Below, one piece after another: positions 18,679 to 28,684 of a stretch of DNA of 64,000 nucleotides. A model generated the notes under the pieces. That model saw nothing but the letters and a program-made list of their open reading frames with translations, ran no database searches and was not told the origin of the DNA. The translations under genes were made by a program, and so were the position numbers. The stretch is from Candidatus Latescibacterota bacterium (lineage in GTDB: Bacteria; Latescibacterota; UBA2968; GCA-2709665): positions 2,336,001 through 2,400,000 of the forward strand of contig OZ244937.1 in the NCBI GenBank assembly GCA_965222075.1, written 5' to 3'. The first letter of the stretch is position 1. Each line of letters starts with the position of its first letter.

Positions 18679-19956
18679 ATGGACGCGCTGGGCAGGCACA
18701 TCCTCGTCGAACTCTACGGGTGTCCTCCGTCTGCGCTGAACGATGTCACCCACATCGAGCAGAGCATGGTCAAGGCCGCCCGGGAGGCCGGCGCCACAAT
18801 CATCAACACCACCTTCCACCCTTTCTCTCCCTACGGCGTCTCAGGCACCGTGGTCATCCAGGAAAGCCACCTGGCGGTTCACACCTGGCCCGAATACGGA
18901 TTCGCTGCGGTTGACCTCTTCACCTGCGGCGATAAACTCGACCCCTGGACGTCCTACGGATCCCTGAAAGCATCCTTCCAGGCCACCCACGGGTCGACCC
19001 TGGAAATGCACCGCGGGCAGCTCAATCTGCTGAAGAAGGTGGCCTCAGACACCCGTCCGCCTGATCAATCCAAAAAAAAACAGGATGTCCCGCAGCATTT
19101 CCGGAACATCTGGTTTACGGATAAAAACGAAGACATCGCCCTCTCCCTCAGACACGCCGGTATGCTCTACAGAAAACAATCCTCCTTCCAAAAAGTTGAA
19201 ATTTTTAACACCTACGGGTACGGAAAAATGCTCGTCCTGGACGGCGCTGTAACATGCACGGAAAAAGACGAATACATCTACCACGAAATGATCGTCCACG
19301 TGCCCATGCTCACCCATCCCGGTTCCGAGCGGGCTTTGATCATCGGCGGCGGAGACGGCGGCGCAGCCAGGGAGCTCCTCAAACACGACTGTCTCAGCGA
19401 GGTGGTCCTGGTCGAAATCGACGACGCCGTGGTCGAAGCCTCAAAAGCACATCTACCGTCCCTCGCCTCTGCCTTTGGAGACCCCAGACTCACCCTTAAA
19501 ATCCAGGACGGCGCTGCCTACATCCGGGCCTGTCCGGACGCTGCCTTCGACCTCATCGTCATCGATGCCACTTACCCCATCGGTCCGGCGGAGACCCTCT
19601 TCTCCAGGGAATTCTACGCGCAGGTCCACCGCTGTCTGAAAGCGGACGGCCTCATGGCCGCCCAGACCGAGCCCCCCACGCTTTACAGCCAGACCTTCAA
19701 AGAGATCTATCAACACCAGCGCCACACCTTTGGAGAAGACCGGGTGCACTGCTACCTGGCCTTCATCCCTACCTACACCACGGGCATGTTGAGTTTCTCC
19801 TACGCTTCAAAGGGATATCTGCACCCACTTGAACACTTCGATCCGGAAAAATCCGGGACATTTGCGGCAAAACACCACCTGCGGTACTACAACAAAGAAA
19901 TCCACCAGGCCGCGTTTGCCCTGCCCACTTTCCTCAAAACCCTGCTGGAGGGCTAA
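18679..19956 (+). CDS. speE: Fused S-adenosylmethionine decarboxylase proenzyme + polyamine aminopropyltransferase (SpeD-SpeE)
   Basis: N-terminal pyruvoyl cleavage motif [21 protein letters not shown]-terminal [20 protein letters not shown]. Confidence 0.9.
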   Translation: MDALGRHILVELYGCPPSALNDVTHIEQSMVKAAREAGATIINTTFHPFSPYGVSGTVVIQESHLAVHTWPEYGFAAVDLFTCGDKLDPWTSYGSLKASFQATHGSTLEMHRGQLNLLKKVASDTRPPDQSKKKQDVPQHFRNIWFTDKNEDIALSLRHAGMLYRKQSSFQKVEIFNTYGYGKMLVLDGAVTCTEKDEYIYHEMIVHVPMLTHPGSERALIIGGGDGGAARELLKHDCLSEVVLVEIDDAVVEASKAHLPSLASAFGDPRLTLKIQDGAAYIRACPDAAFDLIVIDATYPIGPAETLFSREFYAQVHRCLKADGLMAAQTEPPTLYSQTFKEIYQHQRHTFGEDRVHCYLAFIPTYTTGMLSFSYASKGYLHPLEHFDPEKSGTFAAKHHLRYYNKEIHQAAFALPTFLKTLLEG

Positions 19957-20075
19957 GCCATACGGCTCACCTTTCTCGGCACAGCGCCCATGTCCGATCG
20001 CAAAAACGTCTCCCTCGCCAATGAAATCCGGCGCATCTACGGAACCGCTGCTTGAAACCATAGGGTGTGTGAACC

Positions 20076-20675
20076 ATGTTCTACCATGCAAAAGAAAACA
20101 GCATGCCCCCGGGCCTGTTGAACAGTTGTGACGTCCCCAGGTCCATCTTCTGGATATCCACACAGAGCCGCGAGGGCATCATCAACCTGGCCCCGTACAG
20201 TTTCTCTTCGGCCGTGGCCTACAAACCGCCGCAGGTCATGTTCGCCGTCACCGGATTGAGAAAGAACCGGCAGGAAGCGGATACCCTCGCCAACATTCGG
20301 GAAACCCGTGAATTTGTCGTCAACTTTCCTCCCTATGCGTTCAGAAACGAAATGAACCAGACCTGTGCATCGGTTGAGCCGGAAGTGGACGAAATGGCGC
20401 TTGCAGGCCTCGAACCCGCGGCATCGGTTCTGGTCAACCCGCCCGGCGTCAGGGAATCCCCCATTCGCTTGGAGTGCCGTCTGTACAGGATATTCGAACT
20501 GCTCGGCGACCACAACACAATGGTCGTGGGTGAAGTCCTGGGCATGCACATTGAAGACCACGTCCTGTCCAATGGCGAGGTGGACTGGTTGAAGTACAGG
20601 CCGATTGCCCGCATGGGCCGCAGCGACGGCTATACCGTCGTAAATACGTTGTTCTCCATGGACCGGCCGGAATAG
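20076..20675 (+). CDS. Flavin reductase-like (DIM6/NTAB) FMN-binding protein
   Basis: PRSIFWIST..NLAPYSF, DTLANIRETREFVVN, PIARMG. Confidence 0.85.
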   Translation: MFYHAKENSMPPGLLNSCDVPRSIFWISTQSREGIINLAPYSFSSAVAYKPPQVMFAVTGLRKNRQEADTLANIRETREFVVNFPPYAFRNEMNQTCASVEPEVDEMALAGLEPAASVLVNPPGVRESPIRLECRLYRIFELLGDHNTMVVGEVLGMHIEDHVLSNGEVDWLKYRPIARMGRSDGYTVVNTLFSMDRPE

Positions 20676-20706
20676 GGGAAAGCCTCAACAGCGGAAAGGA
20701 GGAACC

Positions 20707-21453
20707 TTGGCAAAAAAGATCCGGGATTATGTCCGCTTTACGCAAAGACTGGAGGCCCTGGCCCGGCCTCACCTGCAGGTAGAAACCATCGGCGTCGTCA
20801 ACGACTATCCCGTACATCGCGTCCTCCTGGGAGAAAACCGGGGCAAGCGCAAAAACGTCCTGGTGACCTCGGGGACGCATGGAGATGAACCTGCCGGTCC
20901 CAAAGCCGTCCTGCATTTTCTGAGACGGGACCTCACAGACCTCCTGCAGCACTTCAACTTCCTCATATTGCCCTGCATCAACCCGTATGGATATGTGCAC
21001 AGCCAGAGGGAAAACCGTGAGGGGGAAGACATCAACCGCGCATTTGAGAAAGAGAATGTCGCCGAGGCCAACATCGTCAAAGAGGCGCTTCGGAAACAGC
21101 GGTTCAGCCTCTTCATCGAATTTCACGAAGACTGGGAAGCGACCGGGTTTTACCTTTACGAGGGTCGGCATGAAACATGTGGGATCGGCCCGGAAATCAT
21201 CCGCCGTGTGGAAAAAATCGGTCCGATTGACACAGAGACATCCGAAAACGACATCCTGGTCTCCAAAGGCGTCTACGGTGTTGATCCGGCCTGGGGCACC
21301 CAGGGGATGGCCTCTTATATCCACCACTTCCATTCCGATCACGTCATCACCTGTGAAACGCCCACAGGCTGGGATCTCGAACGGCGAGCAGACGCTCATC
21401 AAATAGCGCTGGACACCGTCCTGGAACACCATCGGCGCACAGGTCGCTTCTGA
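20707..21453 (+). CDS. M14 family metallocarboxypeptidase / desuccinylase-like
   Basis: HGDEPAG, NPYGY, DINRAF, FHED, TCETP. Confidence 0.85.
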   Translation: MAKKIRDYVRFTQRLEALARPHLQVETIGVVNDYPVHRVLLGENRGKRKNVLVTSGTHGDEPAGPKAVLHFLRRDLTDLLQHFNFLILPCINPYGYVHSQRENREGEDINRAFEKENVAEANIVKEALRKQRFSLFIEFHEDWEATGFYLYEGRHETCGIGPEIIRRVEKIGPIDTETSENDILVSKGVYGVDPAWGTQGMASYIHHFHSDHVITCETPTGWDLERRADAHQIALDTVLEHHRRTGRF

Positions 21454-21456
21454 TTT

Positions 21457-22200
21457 ATGCCAACATTCCACACACGCGAAACGCTTGCGCAGGACCTCGG
21501 AACGCTCGGCGTCGAACCGGCGGATATCCTCTTTGTCCACGCTTCCTTCAAAAGCCTCGGTCCTGTCGAATCCGGCGCAGAGACCGTGGTCCGGGCCCTG
21601 GAGGACGCGGTCGGTCCCCAAGGCCTCATCCTGATGCCCTCGTTCAACCTCGTGCCTCCCGACAGAGACGGGCGGGCGGAGCGCTGGAACATCGAAACCA
21701 CCGCGTCCACCGTAGGATGGATCACCGAGTTTTTTCGCCGGATGCCCGGCACGTACCGCTCCGACCACTACTCCCACTCCGTGGCCGCCCGGGGAAAGGG
21801 TGCGGAACACTGGGTGGCCGACCACCTCAGCCGTGAGGGCTACAAATCGCCCTGGGACTGCGAACCGTGGGGCAAGACCTACGGCACGCACTCGCCGATG
21901 TACAGGGCCTATCGGGCCAATGGAAAAATCCTCATGCTGGGCGTGGACTACGAATCTTCCACCTACATCCACCTTGTCGAAGTCCTCTACTGGCACAAAC
22001 TGCGAAACCGGAATCCCGAAGCGCGCTACCCAGGTATAAAACGCCCGGTACTGGGCGCATTCTGGGACCGGGTCGGCACCCTGAGCAGAGGCCTGATAGG
22101 CGATGCCGACTGCCGGCTCTTCCGGGTGAGGGACTACGTCCACACCCTCCTCCACGAAGTTGAAACCAACCCCGATCCATACCTGAGACAGAGGAAGTGA
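21457..22200 (+). CDS. AAC(3)/YokD family N-acetyltransferase
   Basis: VHASFKSLG, ILMPSF, RSDHYSHSVAARG, LGVDYESSTYIH. Confidence 0.85.
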   Translation: MPTFHTRETLAQDLGTLGVEPADILFVHASFKSLGPVESGAETVVRALEDAVGPQGLILMPSFNLVPPDRDGRAERWNIETTASTVGWITEFFRRMPGTYRSDHYSHSVAARGKGAEHWVADHLSREGYKSPWDCEPWGKTYGTHSPMYRAYRANGKILMLGVDYESSTYIHLVEVLYWHKLRNRNPEARYPGIKRPVLGAFWDRVGTLSRGLIGDADCRLFRVRDYVHTLLHEVETNPDPYLRQRK

Positions 22201-23162
22201 TGGCTGGCCTGCTCAACGGGGTACGCGCTGCCTGCAAGGCGGTTACCAGCAGAGCGACCCACGTCCGGATTGACTACGATTCCATCCCGTCCTACGCCGC
22301 ATCTCTCCCGCTGGAGCAGATCGCGCATCCAAAGATCGATCCCGACTGCCACTACCTCGGCTGGGGCGACGACACGGTCGCTTTCTTCCTCACCCTGAAC
22401 GCCGTCAACTTCAGCTCCGGCTATTCTCCCTATCTGCGGAAGCGCCCCGGTATGTCCGGATACTTCACCGTGGCCTCTTCCCTCAACGACCACTACAGCA
22501 CCCACGGCCCGCTCTCGGCACAGGACCTGACGCGGCTTTCCACAGACGATTGCACGGCGATATTCGGCCAGGAGCCTGACAACCGCATCGTTCGCGAACT
22601 CCTGCAGCACTTCACCACGGCCCTGAACGACCTGGGCCGGTACCTGCTCGACCGTTTCGATGGAAGCTTTGTCCGTCTGGTTGAAACAGCAGACGCATCC
22701 GCCGAGCGGCTCGTAGAGTTGCTCATCAAAATGCCCTGCTTTAAAGACGTGGAATCCTACGGCGAACTGGAAGTCCCCTTCTACAAACGGGCGCAAATTA
22801 CCGCTGCAGACCTCTCCCTGGCATTCGACGGCCGGGGACCGGGCCGGTTCGACGACCTGGACCACCTCACCATCTTCGCGGACAACCTCGTCCCCCACGT
22901 CCTCCGTCTCGACGGCATCCTGCACTATACGGATACCCTGGCCGCCCGTATCGATGCGGAAAAGGAGATCCCGTTGGGATCTGCCGAAGAAGTTGAAATT
23001 CGGGCGTGCGCCGTCCATGCGGTGGAGGTCCTGGTCGATGAGCTCCGCCAATGTGGGCACAGCGTAGCCGCAAGAGAACTCGATTACCTCCTCTGGAATC
23101 GGGGCCAGGGGCCTGCCTACAAAGCACATCCGCGCCACAGAACGCGAAGCGTCTTCTACTGA
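22197..23162 (+). CDS. Queuosine salvage protein (DUF2419 / Qng1 queuosine-5'-phosphate N-glycosylase)
   Basis: NFSSG, PFYKRAQIT, FADNLVPHVL, EVEIRA, LDYLLW, HRTRSVFY. Confidence 0.85.
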   Translation: MMAGLLNGVRAACKAVTSRATHVRIDYDSIPSYAASLPLEQIAHPKIDPDCHYLGWGDDTVAFFLTLNAVNFSSGYSPYLRKRPGMSGYFTVASSLNDHYSTHGPLSAQDLTRLSTDDCTAIFGQEPDNRIVRELLQHFTTALNDLGRYLLDRFDGSFVRLVETADASAERLVELLIKMPCFKDVESYGELEVPFYKRAQITAADLSLAFDGRGPGRFDDLDHLTIFADNLVPHVLRLDGILHYTDTLAARIDAEKEIPLGSAEEVEIRACAVHAVEVLVDELRQCGHSVAARELDYLLWNRGQGPAYKAHPRHRTRSVFY

Positions 23163-23174
23163 CCGCTACACCGC

Positions 23175-23203
23175 TTGACACACCCGGGAGAAAGCTCTAT
23201 TTT
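23175..23203 (+). promoter_or_regulatory. sigma70-type promoter
   Basis: TTGACA-N17-TATTTT upstream of 23251. Confidence 0.55.
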
Positions 23204-23250
23204 TAGTTCGGATTTTACAGAACCCGGAACATCTATTTCGGAGGAATCCC

Positions 23251-23502
23251 ATGACAACAATACAGGCCACAGCGCTCAAAGAGACGCTTGAGGCGATGTT
23301 CGACAGCATCTCCAAAAAAGAGGGCGTTACGGAGCACCTCGTTCAAATCAGCAGGCTCCAGCAGGAAATCGCGCCCACGGCATCCCCTGAACTTTCACAC
23401 TACCTCCAGAACCGCAGCTATACAAAGGCCCTCGAATACCTGAAAACCGGCTTTGTAATCGAGGACCTCAAACGTCCGGACTGCGACGGTGACCACCCAT
23501 AA
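23251..23502 (+). CDS. Small hypothetical protein
   Basis: GGAGG RBS before ATG. Helical protein with LSHYLQNRSYTKALEYL. Confidence 0.7.
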   Translation: MTTIQATALKETLEAMFDSISKKEGVTEHLVQISRLQQEIAPTASPELSHYLQNRSYTKALEYLKTGFVIEDLKRPDCDGDHP

Positions 23503-23531
23503 AATCCACCTGCACCCACAAGGCTATCCCT

Positions 23532-24299
23532 ATGATCAACAGCATCCGTCAGCGTGTGCTCAACAGCGACCTGCTGGCCGGCACCTTTATCAACCTCGGC
23601 TCCAGTCTCACCGCCGAAATGGCCGCGCAGAGCGGATTCGACTGGGTCTTGATCGACATCGAGCACGGCGCTGGAGACCACGAAAGCCTGGTCCACCAGC
23701 TCCAGGCCGTGGGCGGCACACCGGCTGCGCCCATCGTCCGGATCGCCTCGAACGAACCGCCCCGCTTCAAAAGGGTGCTCGACATGGGCGCATCGGGCGT
23801 CATGGTCCCCTACATCAGCAGCGTGGCCGAAGCCGAGCAGGCGGTCGCCTCCATGCGCTATCCCCCCCGCGGCATCCGGGGAGTGGCCAAACTGAACCGG
23901 GGCAGCGGTTTCGGTGTGGACTTTGAAGACTACTTCGCCCGCTCCCACGAACTGCTCACCACCGTCGTCCAGATCGAAACCCGGGAAGCCCTTGACTGCA
24001 TCGACGGCATCGCGGCCGTGGACGGCGTGGACGTCCTCTTCATCGGACCGCTCGACCTGAGCGTCAACCTGGGCATCCCCGAACAGTTCGACAACCCCAA
24101 ATTCTCAGACGCGCGCCAGAAAGTCGCCAACGCCGCCCGCAGGGCCGGCAAGGCCGCCGGCATCCTCCTCCTGAATCCCGCGCAAATTGAAGCGACCGTC
24201 CAGGCCGGATTCACATTCGTCGCCCTCGGCTCGGACGGCGGCCTTGTTGCGAACGGCATGCAGCAGCTCGCCTCGGCCTTCGAACCCTACAGAAAATAG
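23532..24299 (+). CDS. HpcH/HpaI family class II aldolase
   Basis: GFDWVLIDIEHG, KRVLDMGA, RYPPRGIRG, VQIET, FIGPLDLS. Confidence 0.9.
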   Translation: MINSIRQRVLNSDLLAGTFINLGSSLTAEMAAQSGFDWVLIDIEHGAGDHESLVHQLQAVGGTPAAPIVRIASNEPPRFKRVLDMGASGVMVPYISSVAEAEQAVASMRYPPRGIRGVAKLNRGSGFGVDFEDYFARSHELLTTVVQIETREALDCIDGIAAVDGVDVLFIGPLDLSVNLGIPEQFDNPKFSDARQKVANAARRAGKAAGILLLNPAQIEATVQAGFTFVALGSDGGLVANGMQQLASAFEPYRK

Positions 24300-24395
24300 C
24301 CCACTATCCCGGCCTGGAACCTGCGATGTGGTCGTCCAGACAACCGACCAGGTCCGCATCGACCGGTTTCTCACTTGTACAAGGAGGTGGAACGG

Positions 24396-25349
24396 ATGGT
24401 CCGGGAAAAACCTGACACCCTCAGAAAAACCTTCAACGCCTGCGGGGTCTATGTCTTTGTGATGACCCCTATGAAAACCACCAGGAACCGGCAGGGGAAG
24501 CACGATATCGACCTGGAAGGCGTTGAAAAGAACATCCGGTATTTTTCCGGCATCACAGGCGAGAAGACCATGGTCCTCTGCGGTGGGTCGGGCGAATTCT
24601 ACGCCCTCTCCCCTGCGGAGGTCAAAGCCATTGCCAAAGCCGCAGTCGTCGGCGCAGAAGGGCGCTGCAAAATCGTCTCCGGCATCGGCGGCCCCACAAA
24701 AACCGCCGTCAAAATGGCCGAAGCCGCTCAGGACGTTGGCTGCGATGCCGTCTTAGTGATGCCCCACGACCCGGTTGTCAAACGCGGGGAGAAAACCATA
24801 TGGGACCACCACCGGGCCATTGCCAGGGCCATCGACATCGGCTTCCTCCCCTTCCGGGCCCCGCGCCAGCTCCTCTCCATCGATCTGGTCAAACGGTTCG
24901 CCAGGGTCAAAAACGTCGTCGCCATCAAAGAGGAAAGCGGCGCCGTGGACTGGGTCAGAACCGGACGCCGCGGAACGGACAACACCGTTCCCTTCATCAC
25001 CGGCGGGGGAGAGAATATGGTCCCCTACTACTACCTGGCCGGCGCGGTGGGCTTTACCACCGGCATGGCCAACCTCTCCCTCTCCATGTCCATCAAGCTC
25101 CACAACGCCGCCATCCAGGGCCACTGGAAAGAGGCCATGCGCTTCCGGGACTATTTTGAGCCCCTCACCGAGATGCGCCGCCAGCTCGGCACCCCTATGC
25201 TCAAGGCGGGCCTGGAAATGATGGGCCTGGCCGGCGGCCCGGTCCGCGACACCCGCGCCCTTTACGCCCCTTCCGCCGGCGGTAACATGCTCGATGCCCC
25301 GAACAGGCGCAGGCTCCGGCGCTTCCTGAAGCAGAAGGGCGTGCTTTAG
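24396..25349 (+). CDS. DHDPS/KdgD-like class I aldolase/dehydratase
   Basis: GGSGEFYALS and Schiff-base lysine in NVVAIKEESG. AAGGAGGT RBS precedes ATG 24396. Confidence 0.8.
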   Translation: MVREKPDTLRKTFNACGVYVFVMTPMKTTRNRQGKHDIDLEGVEKNIRYFSGITGEKTMVLCGGSGEFYALSPAEVKAIAKAAVVGAEGRCKIVSGIGGPTKTAVKMAEAAQDVGCDAVLVMPHDPVVKRGEKTIWDHHRAIARAIDIGFLPFRAPRQLLSIDLVKRFARVKNVVAIKEESGAVDWVRTGRRGTDNTVPFITGGGENMVPYYYLAGAVGFTTGMANLSLSMSIKLHNAAIQGHWKEAMRFRDYFEPLTEMRRQLGTPMLKAGLEMMGLAGGPVRDTRALYAPSAGGNMLDAPNRRRLRRFLKQKGVL

Positions 25350-25361
25350 CGCTTGTGAGGC

Positions 25362-26180
25362 TTATGTGAGGCGGAAAACCTTCTCCGCATTCTTCCGGGT
25401 AATCCGTTCAAAAGCGTCCCTGGACAGATCCGCCGTCTTGATATAGTCGATAATCGGCGTCTTCTGACCGACCGTCAAATAGTCCGTGGCGAACATCAAC
25501 CGGGACTTCCAACGCTTGAGAAACCCCCGCCCGAACTCAGGGTCCCGTGTGATCGCGTTGTACCCCGAACCGGCCGAAAGGTCGGCGTAGAGATTCGGAT
25601 ATCTCTTGAGCAGCTGATCAACTCTTCCCCCGGAAAGGACCTTCCCCCTTGGATCGGCCTTTGCCACCCTGCCCGAAATCTCCCGCCAGAAATGCGGAGA
25701 ATGCCCGATAAACCGGGTGTTCTTATAGGTCGCCAGCATCTTCTCAAACCCTTTCAGCCCCGGCCTATCCCGGTTGATCCACGAATCGAAATGCATCACA
25801 ACACCCAGCTTCAACCGGTCGCACGCCTCGTAGACCCGCTGCTGCATCGGGTCGTCTACCCGCAGCCCGCAGAGGTTTTCGCCGTAGCCGGCGCACCCCC
25901 GGTCCATATACTCTGCAATAATCGGGTACGGATCAAACCGTCCCGGGTACCGGTGCCGGGGATTGACCGCACACAGGGGAAACAACCGGTCCCGGTGCGG
26001 CCGGGTCATCCGCAGCAGATCCTCGGTGGTCACCAAAAAATCGAGCTCTTCGGGCACCTCTACCGCCATCACCACCGCCTTCTCGACCCCGTGTCGGTCC
26101 ATCCAGCGTAAAAGCTGGTACGGTTTCAATCCCGGATTATTGTAAACGAGCTGTCCCAGGTGCACATGGGTATCAATCAC
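25362..26180 (-). CDS. Amidohydrolase_2 family protein
   Basis: IDTHVH, YPNLYADLSAGSG, LMFATDY, NAEK. Confidence 0.85.
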   Translation of the reverse strand: MIDTHVHLGQLVYNNPGLKPYQLLRWMDRHGVEKAVVMAVEVPEELDFLVTTEDLLRMTRPHRDRLFPLCAVNPRHRYPGRFDPYPIIAEYMDRGCAGYGENLCGLRVDDPMQQRVYEACDRLKLGVVMHFDSWINRDRPGLKGFEKMLATYKNTRFIGHSPHFWREISGRVAKADPRGKVLSGGRVDQLLKRYPNLYADLSAGSGYNAITRDPEFGRGFLKRWKSRLMFATDYLTVGQKTPIIDYIKTADLSRDAFERITRKNAEKVFRLT

Positions 26181-26183
26181 CTG

Positions 26184-27347
26184 TCAGGATCTCCCTTCAC
26201 TTGTGCCTCTGGCCTCTTTTCGAAGCATATCCATAATCTGCAGTGAAATGGTCTGTACAGTCTCATCCAGATCTAAATTCTCAACCGCCGGCACCTGGTG
26301 GACCTCACCGATGTCAAGGATATACTGCTGAACCTTGAGAATCTGGTCCAGATATTTCAAGTACTGGTGTTGAGGCCGCCGGGAGGCCTCCCGGCCCCGG
26401 GTCTCGAAGCGTTCGGCATAGGACTGCACATCCGACAAATAGAGGTTTGTCCAGACAAACAGAACATCTTTTTCATAAGCCTCCAGTCCGGTCAGGTCGG
26501 GCAGCAGGTGGATACCATCCAGAATCAAGCTGACATTCTCTTCAATCGCCCGCTTGATCGTGGCCCGCACCCCTACACACACGCGCGTCGCCTGTTCATG
26601 AAAGGCATGGATCACGGGATCCACAGCATCCGATGGCGGTGCCGTAACATGCTTCCAGGCCATATAAGAAGAGGCGTGGAGGGCCGGCATCAGGTCCGGG
26701 GCGATCATCACACGCATGACCTGGCGGATCTCATCGGTGGAAGCCACCCGGGAAACCCTTAGCAGGTTGGCCAGCGCCACGCCCACCGACGTCTTGCCTA
26801 CGCCGCTGGCCCCGCCGATCAAAACGATCAAAGGTCGCGTCTGCTCGCGGTTGCGAAACCAATTCCAGATCCGATAGCGTTCGGCAAACTCCTCACCGTA
26901 CTCCTTTCTCAGGAGATTCATCGCCGCCTTCCGGATACCGGCCCTGGACACCACCGTCTTTTCTTGCCGAATAAAATCGGCGCCAATCCATTCGGCAATG
27001 CGATAAGCCTGGCCTTCGTCTACGCCCGTAATCGTCAGAGAATGGGAAAGGTGCTCCCTGGAAAAGGGCCTGGTGCCGCGCTCGTCTTCCACCATAATCT
27101 GTTTCGACCCGGGCGCCCAGAAGATCCCGTCTCCGATTGGACGGTCGCCAAACAGGTCCCGCACATGGGAGTGCACCAGGTCGATCATCCTCCTTGAAGA
27201 GACCGTTTTCTGCCTCTGGATACTGCGCCTGATCCGGTCGGCGACCTGGTAGGCCTCCTGAAAAGAAAGCCCCTGCTCGAGCAGATAGTGGGTCAGCATA
27301 CCCCTCAGAAAAGGAACCCGCTTCCGACCGTCTACAATGGTTGCCAT
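26184..27347 (-). CDS. 2-phosphoglycerate kinase-like protein (two ATP-cone-like units + P-loop)
   Basis: VPFLRGMLT and RPFSREHLS cone-like repeats; GGASGVGKT, STDEIRQVMR, LHASSY, ILDGIHL. Confidence 0.75.
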   Translation of the reverse strand: MATIVDGRKRVPFLRGMLTHYLLEQGLSFQEAYQVADRIRRSIQRQKTVSSRRMIDLVHSHVRDLFGDRPIGDGIFWAPGSKQIMVEDERGTRPFSREHLSHSLTITGVDEGQAYRIAEWIGADFIRQEKTVVSRAGIRKAAMNLLRKEYGEEFAERYRIWNWFRNREQTRPLIVLIGGASGVGKTSVGVALANLLRVSRVASTDEIRQVMRVMIAPDLMPALHASSYMAWKHVTAPPSDAVDPVIHAFHEQATRVCVGVRATIKRAIEENVSLILDGIHLLPDLTGLEAYEKDVLFVWTNLYLSDVQSYAERFETRGREASRRPQHQYLKYLDQILKVQQYILDIGEVHQVPAVENLDLDETVQTISLQIMDMLRKEARGTSEGRS

Positions 27348-27521
27348 TAAAAACATCCCTCCGGGCAATTGAATAAGGGGAGTACCAAGATAAGCCATCT
27401 CCTGGAAAGGTGTCAACTCAAAGTCTTGTGGTCAAAATAGAACCGCCTCCCCTGCGGAGCGCAAGTCGAAAATTCGTTGCGGGGCCGGTGCGGCCTGCCG
27501 GAGGCCGTACAGATAGCCCTT

Positions 27522-28589
27522 TCATTTTCCATCTGCCTCCCACCGCTTCAGATCCAGCCCGAAATCACGCGCCGCCTCGCAGATCGTCTCCCAGGTTCTC
27601 TCATCCACCTCAATTCCTTCGGCCTCCCGGCTCCTTGCGCTTCTAAACTCCGGCTCCCCGGGCACCAGGATCTCCTCAAACCCCGGGGCCAGTCGGCTCG
27701 ACTTCACGTGCCGGATCAGCGCCTCCACCTCGTCGTAATAAGCGTCCAGATCGGTAAAGTGCTCGATATGGTACACGGTCAACAGCACCCCATTGCTGAT
27801 CATTGCCCGTTCTCCCGCTGCACACCCCTGCCCGCTGAGCACCCCGCCCAGCAACTCCACCATCATACTCATCCCGTAGCCTTTGTGCCCGGCCGTGCCT
27901 CCAAGGGGCAGAATCGCCCCCGGCGGATCGGCTTTGAAATCGTTCGGATCCGTCGTGGGATTCCCCTCCCTGTCGATGAGCCATCCCTCCGGCACCTCCT
28001 CCCCCCGGTTGATGGCGATCCGGATCTTCCCCTCGGCCACAACCGACGTCGTCATATCCACCAGAATCGGATCTGCCCCTCTGCGGGGGGCTGCAAACGC
28101 AATCGGATTCGTGCTCAGTTTCCCGTCGATCCCCCCAAAAGGAGCGATCTGGTAGCCCAGGTGTCCGGCGTTCACAAAGATCTGGCCGATCAACCCCGCC
28201 CGGGCCGCCATCAACGGGTAGGCCCCCACCCGCCCGATGTGGCTTGTATTGCGCAAACCAACCGTGGCAACCCCGTGCTCCCGGGCCTTCTCCACCGCCA
28301 GGTGCGTTGCAAAAGTCGCCCCCACCTGCCCCAGGCCCCCCCGGGCGTCCACCACAGCCGCGCAGGGGCTGTCCCGGACCACCTCCGGTGCGGCCCGGGG
28401 CTGGAACCGGCCCTCATAGATGGCCCTGGCGTACTCGTAGAACCGGATCGCCCCGTGGGAATCGTGACCAAAAAGGTTGGACTCAACCAGGTGATCCACA
28501 ACCGCCCGGGCGTCCTCCAGCGTACACCCGGCCATCTCAAAAAGTGCGTAACCGATCTTGCGCAGTGTTTCCGGTTTAAATCTGGGCAC
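27522..28589 (-). CDS. Ldh_2 family oxidoreductase (malate/L-lactate/ureidoglycolate dehydrogenase-like)
   Basis: GHDSHG, SHIGRVG, STNPIAFA, DMTTS, GHKGYG, VPGEPE. Confidence 0.88.
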   Translation of the reverse strand: MPRFKPETLRKIGYALFEMAGCTLEDARAVVDHLVESNLFGHDSHGAIRFYEYARAIYEGRFQPRAAPEVVRDSPCAAVVDARGGLGQVGATFATHLAVEKAREHGVATVGLRNTSHIGRVGAYPLMAARAGLIGQIFVNAGHLGYQIAPFGGIDGKLSTNPIAFAAPRRGADPILVDMTTSVVAEGKIRIAINRGEEVPEGWLIDREGNPTTDPNDFKADPPGAILPLGGTAGHKGYGMSMMVELLGGVLSGQGCAAGERAMISNGVLLTVYHIEHFTDLDAYYDEVEALIRHVKSSRLAPGFEEILVPGEPEFRSARSREAEGIEVDERTWETICEAARDFGLDLKRWEADGK

Positions 28590-28684
28590 AGCGAAATCCT
28601 TTCTAAAATAGGGGTTGCAAGGCAGACAGCCAGCATGTATCTTACCTCAACTTTCAACGACCGACTCCAGGGAGAGGCATATCG

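Noticed and set aside
15948-18701. 917-aa antisense ORF, and similar long shadow ORFs (12223-13974, 20449-22155, 28211-29758, 46821-48581)
   Set aside because: They overlap well-supported genes and have no recognisable motifs. Such ORFs are expected from high GC and biased third positions.
21457-22200. Aminoglycoside resistance gene
   Set aside because: AAC(3)/YokD homologs are widespread and many lack aminoglycoside activity. There is no mobile context here.
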